NCBI GenBank assembly: GCA_963675495.1
Contig: OY776215.1
Coordinates: forward strand, 2,464,001 to 2,528,000
From: an uncultured Methanolobus sp.
GTDB lineage: Archaea; Halobacteriota; Methanosarcinia; Methanosarcinales; Methanosarcinaceae
Direction: 5' to 3'
DNA: 64,000 nt
Shown: piece after piece, positions 1 through 8,866 of the stretch
How the letters are laid out: each line of letters begins with the position of its first letter
How positions within the stretch are numbered: position 1 is the stretch's first letter
The notes under the pieces: generated by a model
Told to the model about the DNA's origin: nothing
Database searches by the model: none
What the model saw: only the letters and a program-made list of their open reading frames with translations
Translations under genes and position numbers: made by a program

Positions 1-46
1 TCTTTGGTAGAAAGCAATAAAATCAGAACTAAATCTGAAAAACACG

Positions 47-68
47 AAAACCGCTGAAAAGCGGTTTT
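47..68 (-). terminator. Hairpin terminator after ferritin-like gene
   Basis: AAAACCGC-tgaaaa-GCGGTTTT inverted repeat at the stop of ORF 68..553. Confidence 0.55.
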
Positions 69-553
69 TAATACATTATTTTTGCAAATCCGCCGATTTT
101 GCTCTTGCAGATATTTGCATGTTTTTCTTCATCTTTTATTAGTTGTTCAATATCCTGCAGGAATTCGATTTGATCATCTTCATTAAGAAGTAGCTCTTTG
201 ATTACATCTGAATTAGTATTTTTAATGTCAGTGTACGCATTTCTTGCAAGTATTTCGTATTTCATAATTCTCTCGAACATTTCATTGCTTGCCATGCCTT
301 CAAAGTCAAAGATATGTTTTGGAAGTCCCGGTGGACATGTTTCAGGTATGATTATATTTCCTTTAATTAACCATTTCTTAATGGTGTCTCCATGCCTGTC
401 GGAGTCATGGGACAATACTTCAAGTGCAGCTACGCTGTCATCCATCATTTCGAGACGTGTTTCCCATGTACCCAATTGCTCCATTTCGGCTTCTATCCAA
501 TACATTCTCTGGAGTAATTTCTCAAGGGTTGTTTTATTGTTGATCACTGGCAA
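68..553 (-). CDS. Ferritin-like (four-helix, diiron-type) domain protein
   Basis: 161 aa; paired E...(D/E)xxH motifs (EAEME..DSDRH; EILA..DEEKH). Confidence 0.55.
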   Translation of the reverse strand: MPVINNKTTLEKLLQRMYWIEAEMEQLGTWETRLEMMDDSVAALEVLSHDSDRHGDTIKKWLIKGNIIIPETCPPGLPKHIFDFEGMASNEMFERIMKYEILARNAYTDIKNTNSDVIKELLLNEDDQIEFLQDIEQLIKDEEKHANICKSKIGGFAKIMY

Positions 554-692
554 AATGATTCCTCATATTTTATATGTGTCATTTTTATATTTATTTCTTT
601 TGAAGATTTAACGATTAGTTTTTATACTCTGTCATGCATTAGATATTCCTTCAATATTACCTCAGTATTATCTATGTCATGGAGGATTATCT

Positions 693-1388
693 ATCAGTGC
701 AATTGCTTTGTTAAGTAGCGGTCTTGATTCAGTTACTGCCATTGCGGCAGTTCATGAAAAGGTCGGAGTTAAGATGGCTCTGATCTTCAATTACGGACAA
801 CGTTCAGTAGAGCGCGAGATCCAAAATTCGGTGAAGGTCTGTGAACATTTCGGGATTGAATATCGTATCCTTGACATAAAGTGGATGAGGGAGATTACCA
901 ACACATCCCTTGTCAATACGGAAATGGAAGTTCCCTCACTTAGCATGGATGAAATATCAGACAATGCAGATCCTTCCATAACCATTCAGTCGGCAAAAGC
1001 CGTCTGGGTTCCAAACCGAAATGGCATCCTTATAAACATCGCAGCAGCTTTTGCTGAAAGTATGGATTGTGAGTATGTAATTGTAGGTTTTAACAAGGAA
1101 GAGGCTGTGACGTTCCCGGATAATTCAGCTGAATTTATCGCTTCAATCGATGATTCACTTTCATACTCAACAGCAAATGGTGTGAAAGTGCTTGCACCTC
1201 TCATCGGATTGGACAAAAAAGAGATCGTTGCAAAGGCTGTGGAACTAAGAGCACCACTTGAGTTTAGCTGGAGCTGTTATCATGGCGAGGATGTTCCATG
1301 TGGTGAATGCGAGAGCTGTACTCGAAGAAGAAGGGCTTTTGAGGCTGCAGGTATTCAGGACCCACTGCTCGTAAGGCTCGGGATATGA
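693..1388 (+). CDS. queC: 7-cyano-7-deazaguanine (preQ0) synthase QueC
   Basis: [10 protein letters not shown]-loop, YGQR, VPNRN, CYHG..CGECESC Zn site; start placed at ATC 693 behind GGAGG (ORF track starts at TTG 708). Confidence 0.93.
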   Translation: MSAIALLSSGLDSVTAIAAVHEKVGVKMALIFNYGQRSVEREIQNSVKVCEHFGIEYRILDIKWMREITNTSLVNTEMEVPSLSMDEISDNADPSITIQSAKAVWVPNRNGILINIAAAFAESMDCEYVIVGFNKEEAVTFPDNSAEFIASIDDSLSYSTANGVKVLAPLIGLDKKEIVAKAVELRAPLEFSWSCYHGEDVPCGECESCTRRRRAFEAAGIQDPLLVRLGI

Positions 1389-1419
1389 CCCGGACATTTG
1401 ATACTTTTGGTGTGATAAC

Positions 1420-1977
1420 ATGAAATGTATAATTCTTGATAAAACGACAGATTATGACGGCAGTCAGATATCATCACTCTGGGCATATAATCTTGCAGAT
1501 ATTCAGACAGACTCTATTATTGCTTTCAGGGGAGGCTGTGATGTTAAGATCGAACATATGATCGATCTTGAGGACAAGAAACAGGGTGATATGATATTTT
1601 CCACTGACATGGTTCACTTCATCATAGAACATTTTGATTCAACTGACCTGAAACTGGTGTATGCAAGGCAGAGGTTGTTTACGGCAATAGTCGCGGAAGT
1701 ACTTTCGGAATACCGCAACGACATTGTCAGAAAGGGTGATGACCTTTTTGTGGATGATAAGAAACTTACAGTGTCTATTGCCAGCACATCAGCCGTTTCA
1801 CAAAAAATTCACTTTGGAATTAATGTCGTGCACGATTATTATGGCAGCTTTAAGGATGTCGGGGTTAGCAGTGAAGGTGTGAAAGGACTAATGGAAAAGA
1901 TTGCAAATTGTTACTATAATGAATTTATCGACATTGAGATGGACCTTCGTAAATCAAGGCCATTGGATGTGATCTAG
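1420..1977 (+). CDS. DUF366 family protein (BPL/LplA-like fold)
   Basis: YDGSQISSLWAY, MIDLED, RKGDDL..KKLTVSIA, HFGINV motifs; lies inside the que operon. Confidence 0.8.
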   Translation: MKCIILDKTTDYDGSQISSLWAYNLADIQTDSIIAFRGGCDVKIEHMIDLEDKKQGDMIFSTDMVHFIIEHFDSTDLKLVYARQRLFTAIVAEVLSEYRNDIVRKGDDLFVDDKKLTVSIASTSAVSQKIHFGINVVHDYYGSFKDVGVSSEGVKGLMEKIANCYYNEFIDIEMDLRKSRPLDVI

Positions 1978-2693
1978 TGTTCGCACCCATAAATGAGATA
2001 TTTTGCTCAGTACAGGGTGAAGGTCCGTATGTAGGGTGCAGGCAGACATTCGTTCGTTTTACCGGGTGTAACCTGAATTGCCATTATTGTGATACTCCTG
2101 TGGAAGCAACGAAGTTTTGCAGGGTTGAGAAGAGTGTGGGGTCCAATGTTTTCCAGAACATTGAAAATCCTCTTTCATCGGATGAGGTTATCGATATCGT
2201 AAAGTCATTCTCTGGCTTGCACTCAGTCTCACTAACCGGTGGTGAACCGTTGCTTTATGCGGAATTCATATCCTCAATAGATGTGGATGTTCCTCTTTAT
2301 CTTGAATCTAACATGACCCTGCCTCATATGGCCAAAAAAATAAAAAACAATTTGTCATATGTTTCCGGCGATGTGAAACTTTTACCTCATTCATCACTTG
2401 ATGATCCGGAACTTCATCTTGACAGAACGATTGAATGCTTCAGAACATTGAGAACTACACAGGACAGGGATTGTTTCTGTAAGATAGTTGTAACAAAAGA
2501 CACACCTATTGGTGATATCGAAGGTATTGTCGGCGCCATATCCGGGTATATATCTACCCTCATACTGCAACCGGTGACACAGAAGGATATGCAGCCTGAA
2601 CCTGGCTATTTGCTGGGTTTGCAGGAATCCTTCCTTAATGATATTGATACTAGAATAATACCACAGACCCACAAAATGTGGGGGTGCTTATAG
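1977..2693 (+). CDS. queE: 7-carboxy-7-deazaguanine synthase QueE (radical SAM)
   Basis: EIFCSVQGEG, RFTGCNLNCHYCDT, TGGEP, C-terminal PQTHK. Confidence 0.93.
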   Translation: MFAPINEIFCSVQGEGPYVGCRQTFVRFTGCNLNCHYCDTPVEATKFCRVEKSVGSNVFQNIENPLSSDEVIDIVKSFSGLHSVSLTGGEPLLYAEFISSIDVDVPLYLESNMTLPHMAKKIKNNLSYVSGDVKLLPHSSLDDPELHLDRTIECFRTLRTTQDRDCFCKIVVTKDTPIGDIEGIVGAISGYISTLILQPVTQKDMQPEPGYLLGLQESFLNDIDTRIIPQTHKMWGCL

Positions 2694-3037
2694 TGAAAAT
2701 GAAACTTGGAATAACTGATTATATTGACAGTGCTCATTATCTTCCGGGGCATGAGACATGCGGGATCGTTCATGGACATACTTATAAGACAGAAGTCGTG
2801 ATCGAAGGTGAGAAAAAGGATACTGGAATGGTTATGGACTTTTATGAGATAAAGAAGGTCATAAAAGAAGTCCTTAAAGAATATGACCATGTGTTGTTGA
2901 ATAACATACTTGAGTTTCCAAGTGTGGAGAACCTTTGTGAGCATGTCCACACTAAGCTTTCATCCCGACTTGACTACCCGCTATCCGTAAAAATGTGGGA
3001 AGGCGAAGGCAAGTGGTGTGAAGTAAGTACATGTTAA
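2693..3037 (+). CDS. queD: 6-carboxy-5,6,7,8-tetrahydropterin synthase QueD
   Basis: SAHYLPGHETCGIVHGHTY, DFYEIK, DH..LN, PSVENL, WE. Confidence 0.92.
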   Translation: MKMKLGITDYIDSAHYLPGHETCGIVHGHTYKTEVVIEGEKKDTGMVMDFYEIKKVIKEVLKEYDHVLLNNILEFPSVENLCEHVHTKLSSRLDYPLSVKMWEGEGKWCEVSTC

Positions 3038-3119
3038 ATTAGAAGTTTATACAAAACTATATCTATGAGTTTACCTTAAATTGAGCCGTGTTTATTGGAG
3101 CTGCATAGGAGCTATATTT

Positions 3120-4058
3120 ATGGAAAATAAAGAAAAAGACATTTGTGAAATTGAAATTTCCAAGGGTGACGATATCAAGAGAATAATATCACAACATCCT
3201 TGTTATTCCAAAGAAGCCCAACACAAGTTCGGAAGAATTCATCTTGCAGTAGCTCCGAAATGCAATATTCAATGTAATTATTGTGACCGTAAATTTGATT
3301 GTGTTAATGAGAGCAGACCTGGAGTTACCAGTGAAGTACTGACTCCACAAGATGCTCTTGAAAAGACCCGGCAGGTCCTGAAGGAATATCCTTTTATCAA
3401 GGTTGTTGGTATCGCAGGTCCTGGTGACCCATTGGCCAATGATGAAACCTTTGAGACATTGGAACTTATCAAGAAAGAATTCCCGGATGTAACACTTTGC
3501 CTGAGTACCAACGGACTCGCATTGCCTGAGAAGTTGCCTGATCTGATCAGGGTAGGTGTTACTACACTAACGGTTACGATGAATGCCATCGATCCTGAAA
3601 TCGAGGCTCAGTTAATAGGTCATATTTCTTATAAAGGCAAGATATACAGAGGCATCGAAGCAGCTGAGATCATGGTGAAGAATCAATTGGAAGGCATCAG
3701 GCTTGCAGTTGAGGCTGGTCTTGTGCTCAAGATCAATACTGTGCTTGTTCCAGGCATCAACGATAAACACATTGTTGAAGTTGCCAAAAAGATAAATGAG
3801 CTCGGTGTCTTTATCATGAATGTTATGCCGCTTATATGCCAGGCAAAATTTGCGCACATGGAACCACCAACACCTGAAGAGCGTAAGGCTATTCAGAAAC
3901 AGTGTGAGCCTTATGTCCAGCAGATGAGACACTGTCGCCAGTGCAGGGCTGATGCATATGGTCTTATCGGAACGGACATGTCACAGATGAGTGAAGAACG
4001 CAGAAAAGTCGTTAAACTCGATATGGATAAAAAGACGCATTCAGATGAGAAGGCTTAA
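3120..4058 (+). CDS. nifB: Nitrogenase cofactor biosynthesis radical SAM protein NifB (stand-alone methanogen type)
   Basis: HPCY, CNIQCNYC, NESRPGV, AGPGDPLAN, CRQCRADA. Confidence 0.92.
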   Translation: MENKEKDICEIEISKGDDIKRIISQHPCYSKEAQHKFGRIHLAVAPKCNIQCNYCDRKFDCVNESRPGVTSEVLTPQDALEKTRQVLKEYPFIKVVGIAGPGDPLANDETFETLELIKKEFPDVTLCLSTNGLALPEKLPDLIRVGVTTLTVTMNAIDPEIEAQLIGHISYKGKIYRGIEAAEIMVKNQLEGIRLAVEAGLVLKINTVLVPGINDKHIVEVAKKINELGVFIMNVMPLICQAKFAHMEPPTPEERKAIQKQCEPYVQQMRHCRQCRADAYGLIGTDMSQMSEERRKVVKLDMDKKTHSDEKA

Positions 4059-4122
4059 AGCTTCTCACTGATATTTTATATTTATATTTATTAATTCTAT
4101 TATCATTGTGCAGGTGTTTTTT

Positions 4123-5094
4123 TTGTATATTGAAGAGCTTGCGGCAAATTTAAGGAACTTTGAAGGGGTTACCCGGAAAAAACCAATTGCAGAAATTGTG
4201 AGCATATTCGAGACAGTTCGCTCGGAGTATGGAGAGGTCATTGATGACTTTGGAGACGATGCTGCAGTTATCGATATTGGCACTGATGATGTCATCCTCT
4301 TTGCTGCTGATGCAATTTGGGGAAAGATAGTCAATAAAAGTCCCTGGTGGACAGGTTACACTTCCGTTGTTGTGAATGTGAACGATATCTCTGCAATGGG
4401 TGGTCGCCCACTTGCAATGGTCAACGTTATGGCTTCCAGTGACCAGGAATCCACTGAAGAGATAATGAGAGGTATTCGGGATGGTATCAAGAAATTCGGC
4501 GTACCAATGGTAGGCGGACACATGCATCCTGACACTCCTTATAACTCACTTGCAGTATCCATCATAGGTATTGCTAAGAAGGACTGTGTGATCCGAAGCG
4601 ACAGTGCGAAGCCAGGAGATGTTGTGATAGTTGCATATGACATGGATGGCAGGGTCGGACAGAATTCCCCTTACAGTTGGGATACAACTTCATTCAAGGA
4701 AGCTGATGTTGTGCGTGAGCGTTTCATGGTCATGCAGGAGATCGGGGAAAAGAAATTGGTAAGCGCAGGTAAGGATATCAGTAACCCGGGTACTATAGGT
4801 ACTCTTGGCATGTTATGTGAAGTGAGCAGGATGGGCGCGTCTGTGGATATTCGAAAGATACCACGACCGGAAGATGTTGACTTTGAGCAGTGGTTGAAGA
4901 TATATCCTGCAACTGGTTATGTTGTCACTGCAAAAGAAGAGAATGCTTCTGAGTGTATTAAGATGTTTGAAAATGCTGGCCTTAAGGCTGCTGTTATGGG
5001 TGAGATCAATGATAGCCAGGTCATTGATATTTATGATGACAGCGGTAATGCTATTGTTTTTGATCTCAAAAATGATACAATTACAGGAATTTGA
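4123..5094 (+). CDS. Methanogenesis marker 2 protein (AIR synthase/PurM-like)
   Basis: GVTRKK, GDDAAVI, NVNDISAMGG.P, GGHMHPD, KDISNPGTIGTLGML. Confidence 0.85.
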   Translation: MYIEELAANLRNFEGVTRKKPIAEIVSIFETVRSEYGEVIDDFGDDAAVIDIGTDDVILFAADAIWGKIVNKSPWWTGYTSVVVNVNDISAMGGRPLAMVNVMASSDQESTEEIMRGIRDGIKKFGVPMVGGHMHPDTPYNSLAVSIIGIAKKDCVIRSDSAKPGDVVIVAYDMDGRVGQNSPYSWDTTSFKEADVVRERFMVMQEIGEKKLVSAGKDISNPGTIGTLGMLCEVSRMGASVDIRKIPRPEDVDFEQWLKIYPATGYVVTAKEENASECIKMFENAGLKAAVMGEINDSQVIDIYDDSGNAIVFDLKNDTITGI

Positions 5095-5132
5095 AAGGAC
5101 TGGCTTCTAAGCCCGTCCATTTTTATTAAAAG

Positions 5133-5432
5133 TTAATCGCTTTCTATCCAGGCCTGCAGCTCTTGGTGCAGATACTTTTCAGCAGCCTGTACTTGTTCCA
5201 GGACACCCCTAAGGACAATCACTTCTCTCTCATCCGTTTCTACGATGTGAACCCCTATCTTCCTTCCAAGTGCTTCAAGCTCGAATTCTTCCACAAGGTC
5301 GTAGATTATGTATGAAGGAGTTCCGGGTGGCATTATAAGATCATAGAGATTTTCCAGGTCCTGTACGGCAGGATCTGCTTCTATTTTGCTTTTTGTTCTT
5401 TCAAGGTCCTCAATTTGCAGTTTTTTTGCCAA
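5133..5432 (-). CDS. Hypothetical protein
   Basis: ~100-aa ORF; GGTGA ribosome-binding motif before TTG. Confidence 0.6.
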   Translation of the reverse strand: MAKKLQIEDLERTKSKIEADPAVQDLENLYDLIMPPGTPSYIIYDLVEEFELEALGRKIGVHIVETDEREVIVLRGVLEQVQAAEKYLHQELQAWIESD

Positions 5433-5582
5433 TGTAATCACCGTCTATGCTGATTTGATGGTATAATATACATAAATAGTAATCGCTGCGTTTAACAGGG
5501 TTTAACTATTAATAGTGTTAGTCGCAAAAATGTAACTAGTTTAAGTGTGCTTGAAACGACATGCAACATCCGGAGGGTATGA

Positions 5583-6281
5583 ATGAGATTAATCGATTTA
5601 TCAGATGAGAAAGGACAGATCAGGGTCGAGTTTGGCGGATGCAACATGAAATGTCCTTATTGTGTTCACATACATCAGCCTGTGAAGGAGTGGACTGTTG
5701 ATGATGTGGTGGACTACGCGAACAAGTCTACGACTGAGAATGTCTATCTTGGGGGGGCAGAGCCAACTCTGCAAAAAGATCTGATGCCGCTTATTGAGGG
5801 ACTTCACAGCATAGGCAAGAGTATTATCCTGAAGTCAAATGGCATGAAACCTGATATTCTTGAAGTTGCGCTTCCTTTTGTTCATGGCTTTGTACTTGAG
5901 ATAAAAGCTCCCAGTGATGATATAAAAGGCATAATAGAGCTTACGGGCATGTCAGAGGGACGTAGCACAAAGTATGTGGAGCTCCTTAAACAGTCGCTGG
6001 TCATTGCAAAGAAAAAATGGCTTAGGGTCTGGATAAGGGTAATACCTGAATATGTGAATGCCGATACGATGCCACGTATATTGCCTGATCTTGAGGGTGC
6101 TTCTGAGGTCATGCTTTATCAGTTCATGAGCAATCCGGAATTCGATCTGCCATTTATGGGACATGAGAAGCCGACACCTTCATGGAGAGAAATTAAGAGC
6201 CTGGGACAAATAGTGTTAAAAACAGTTCCTTTGGTCAGGGTCGTTGGTGACAGGGGTCAGATCTTGTTGCAGGAAGAATAA
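5583..6281 (+). CDS. Radical SAM protein (activating-enzyme-like)
   Basis: GGCNMKCPYC motif, GGAEPTLQ, KSNG; GGAGG RBS. Confidence 0.8.
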   Translation: MRLIDLSDEKGQIRVEFGGCNMKCPYCVHIHQPVKEWTVDDVVDYANKSTTENVYLGGAEPTLQKDLMPLIEGLHSIGKSIILKSNGMKPDILEVALPFVHGFVLEIKAPSDDIKGIIELTGMSEGRSTKYVELLKQSLVIAKKKWLRVWIRVIPEYVNADTMPRILPDLEGASEVMLYQFMSNPEFDLPFMGHEKPTPSWREIKSLGQIVLKTVPLVRVVGDRGQILLQEE

Positions 6282-6432
6282 TGCTAACGATATTGTAATG
6301 TTTTCGAAGGTATTTGTGAATATTTTGCCTTCAAATACTCTTGACTGATAACCAATAGGATTAAAAATGGTGCGATGCATGATACCTACTGGAATTTTAT
6401 TCAATTTAAGCCTATAATAGGGGATGATATTA

Positions 6433-6744
6433 ATGAAGGAATACAAATTAAAGCGTGGTTCAACACCCGATATGGATAGGATACACGAATGCCTGACAGA
6501 GTCTTTTCCAAGTGAGGTCACGAAGGAAGATGGTAAGTTCGTTACTTCTTATGGTGTTCTTTCCAGTCTGACTGTATGGCTAGAAGGTAAAAAACTGGCT
6601 GTTGATACGGTGTCTGATACTACTTTGACAGACGATGAGCTTATACTGGACTCGAATAAACGATTCAGAGATTTCCTTTTAAAGGCTACAGGTTATACTG
6701 CCAAGGAACGTCTGAAACAGGCAAAGAAGGAAGTTGGCAAGTAA
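6433..6744 (+). CDS. DUF5611-like conserved archaeal protein
   Basis: MKEYKLKRG... FL.KATGYTAKER.K pattern. Confidence 0.65.
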   Translation: MKEYKLKRGSTPDMDRIHECLTESFPSEVTKEDGKFVTSYGVLSSLTVWLEGKKLAVDTVSDTTLTDDELILDSNKRFRDFLLKATGYTAKERLKQAKKEVGK

Positions 6745-6789
6745 CTTTCCATTCCCTTCCATTTATTTACAATTCAGGAATCGTTTTGT

Positions 6790-7296
6790 ATGGAATTTCT
6801 CGAAAAACTAAAGAGCTTTGAGATTCCCACATGCCTGAGGGTGTGTGCAGGAACCGATGGTTCGGTCACTTTCCTTCTGGAAATTATGACCAAACACCCC
6901 ACAGCTGTTGTGACAGAGTTCCAGCATATAATTCCGGCAGATGAGCAGAGTGCAGAGATATTCGGAGTAGATATTGGCGCAGACATCAATGAACGTGTGG
7001 TCACCCTCACAGCCGGGGATGTCCCCTATGTGTTTGCTCGCTCCCTGTCAGCTATTGAAAAGATGCCCGATGGCGTGCGCAGTGATATGATGAAAGCCGA
7101 CATCCCAATAGGTAAGATACTGCGTGACCACGATATAGAGACCAGAAGAGATTTTGAAGGCATCGAGATAGTCGAGGAATCTCCACTCTTTGGAGCAGAA
7201 AAAGTACTTTCCCGTTCCTATCGTATTGTCCACCACAACGGTGTCCTAATGTGGATCAACGAGAAGTTCCCGGTAGATGACCGCTGGTGCTTATAA
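6790..7296 (+). CDS. Chorismate pyruvate-lyase/UTRA-like protein (DUF98)
   Basis: TDGSVTFLLE, PIGKILR, RSYRI, INEKFP. Confidence 0.8.
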   Translation: MEFLEKLKSFEIPTCLRVCAGTDGSVTFLLEIMTKHPTAVVTEFQHIIPADEQSAEIFGVDIGADINERVVTLTAGDVPYVFARSLSAIEKMPDGVRSDMMKADIPIGKILRDHDIETRRDFEGIEIVEESPLFGAEKVLSRSYRIVHHNGVLMWINEKFPVDDRWCL

Positions 7297-7371
7297 ATCA
7301 CCATTATCTCAACCGAAAACTTATTAATTGAGTCTGTGTATTAAGGGAAAGCACCCCAGTACTTATTGTGT

Positions 7372-7443
7372 GCCTCGGTGGCCTAGGGGTATAGCGCGTC
7401 CTTGGTAAGGACGAGATCGTGGGTTCAAATCCCACCCGAGGCT
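7372..7443 (+). tRNA. tRNA-Thr(GGT)
   Basis: Acceptor stem GCCTCGG/CCGAGGC; anticodon arm CGTCC-TTGGTAA-GGACG; T-arm GTGGG-TTCAAAT-CCCAC; no intron; CCA not encoded. Confidence 0.96.
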
Positions 7444-7526
7444 CTATTATTTTTCCAGTTTAACCTCGTACTCTTAATCTATATTTTAGCTTGGAGAAGT
7501 CATTACTAAATAAATATTATATGTAA

Positions 7527-7783
7527 TTGGATGAATCACTGTTTAAGCTGATTGGGAATATCAGTGAAGAACATAAATCCAATGAATTAAAGCCTGTTAT
7601 TTGTAAAGATGTAAGACCATGAATGGTCCTACTTGTGCTTTTTGTTCTTCATGTGGAATGGCTCTGACAATTGAAGCAATTAAATATATTGAAAAAAGGA
7701 GATTGGATATATCTATGGCTCTGATGGAGCTTGTAGAGAAGGATTCGGAAGTTGCTAAGGTGTTGAGGGATGTTATAGGCTAA
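7527..7783 (+). pseudogene. C-terminal remnant of an archaeal tyrosine integrase (Zn-ribbon tail)
   Basis: Across one frameshift reads LDESLFKLIGNISEEHKSNELKPVIC/RCKTMNGPTCAFCSSCGMALTIEAIKYIEKRR...VIG*, the LKP..CxxC...N.....CxxCG..L tail typical of tRNA-targeting archaeal integrases. Confidence 0.65.
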
Positions 7784-7888
7784 TTTTACTTCTCTTCTCT
7801 ATACGAATATATAGAGTCTATACATAATTTTCTTAAACATGTAGTTTACATACTAAATATTCTCTACTATTTGCTGGCTGGTGAGATT

Positions 7889-8635
7889 ATCGCAAAAAGA
7901 AACTACAGAAAAAAAAGATATTCTCGAAAGAACGATGGCGATGATTTATTAGGAAAAATAATAGTTGCTGGATTTGCTATATTTCTGGTTTTAAGCTTAG
8001 CAATCTACATACTGGAAAATTACTGGCCTTATCTACTACTTGTTGGAATTGCATACTTAGTGTATGCTCATGGACCTTATTGCTATTCAAAATTCAAAGC
8101 AAGGAATGCATCTGTTGTACCAGAGTCTTATGAAGTCATAAATGTTGTTGATGACATAGAAATTGAAGAAGAAATAGTAGATGATGAAGATAATACAGAA
8201 AAGGGAGACATGTTTGAAAGATTCGTTGTTGATCTTTTCAGTGAACAAAGCTTCACTATTGTGGAATGGACCACAGATATGATGAGAAAACATGATCGGT
8301 ATGTTGAAGCTGACACCAGACCTGATTTAAAGCTAAGACACAAACAAACGGGTGCTGAATTCTATGTAGAATGCAAATATAGGTCATACATATTTGAAAA
8401 TAAGGTTCAGTGGTCCAGTTATGGCCAGATGCAAAGGTACAGAGAATTTGCAGATAAGATGAATTTGCCTGTTTTTGTAGTAATAGGACTGGGAGGTATG
8501 CCTGATTATCCTGAAAGACTATTTTGTATTCCTCTGGAAGATGCAAAATATACAGGATTATATCCAAGTTATTTAGGGAATTATGAACATAATCCAAGAG
8601 AATATTTTAGATGGAAATCGAATGTTCTCAATTAA
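7889..8635 (+). CDS. Membrane-anchored PD-(D/E)xK (Mrr-like) nuclease
   Basis: Basic N-terminus, two hydrophobic helices, then KGDMFERFV...RPDL...VECKYRS; start ATC 7889 or TTG 7871. Confidence 0.7.
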   Translation: MAKRNYRKKRYSRKNDGDDLLGKIIVAGFAIFLVLSLAIYILENYWPYLLLVGIAYLVYAHGPYCYSKFKARNASVVPESYEVINVVDDIEIEEEIVDDEDNTEKGDMFERFVVDLFSEQSFTIVEWTTDMMRKHDRYVEADTRPDLKLRHKQTGAEFYVECKYRSYIFENKVQWSSYGQMQRYREFADKMNLPVFVVIGLGGMPDYPERLFCIPLEDAKYTGLYPSYLGNYEHNPREYFRWKSNVLN

Positions 8636-8641
8636 TCCAAC

Positions 8642-8776
8642 CATAATAAGCATCATATTGAAACTTTGCCTATGCGCCGCCAAAGGCGGGCGTTTTAATC
8701 ACTGGCCTTTGCCTGAGTAAAATAGCCGGCATTCTGAAAGGATGTGTAGTTATCGATTTTATTCTATTATATTATG
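8642..8776. repeat. Imperfect palindromic intergenic element with a GC-rich inner hairpin
   Basis: Ends CATAATA / TATTATG; inner CGCCGCC-AAA-GGCGG(G)CG at 8675-8692 in an otherwise AT-rich region. Confidence 0.45.
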
Positions 8777-8866
8777 CGGAAGTATTAAGGAATCTAAACG
8801 TAGCAGTGAGTTGGATTATAGAAAATAATAATCCATCAGTCAAAATGTTATCATTATTAAATAGCA

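Noticed and set aside
693-3037. que genes as a dpd-type 7-deazaguanine DNA-modification defence system
   Set aside because: No dpdA/TGT-like or other dpd genes nearby, and the genes sit in housekeeping context; best explained as preQ0 supply for archaeosine.
3120-4058. nifB as evidence of a nitrogen-fixation cluster
   Set aside because: No nifHDK/ENX or NrpR box seen here; stand-alone nifB is common in methanogens.
5507-5520. TATTAATAGTGTTA shared with the cobA upstream region (~56820)
   Set aside because: An AT-rich 14-mer in two AT-rich intergenic regions; chance cannot be excluded without a genome-wide count.
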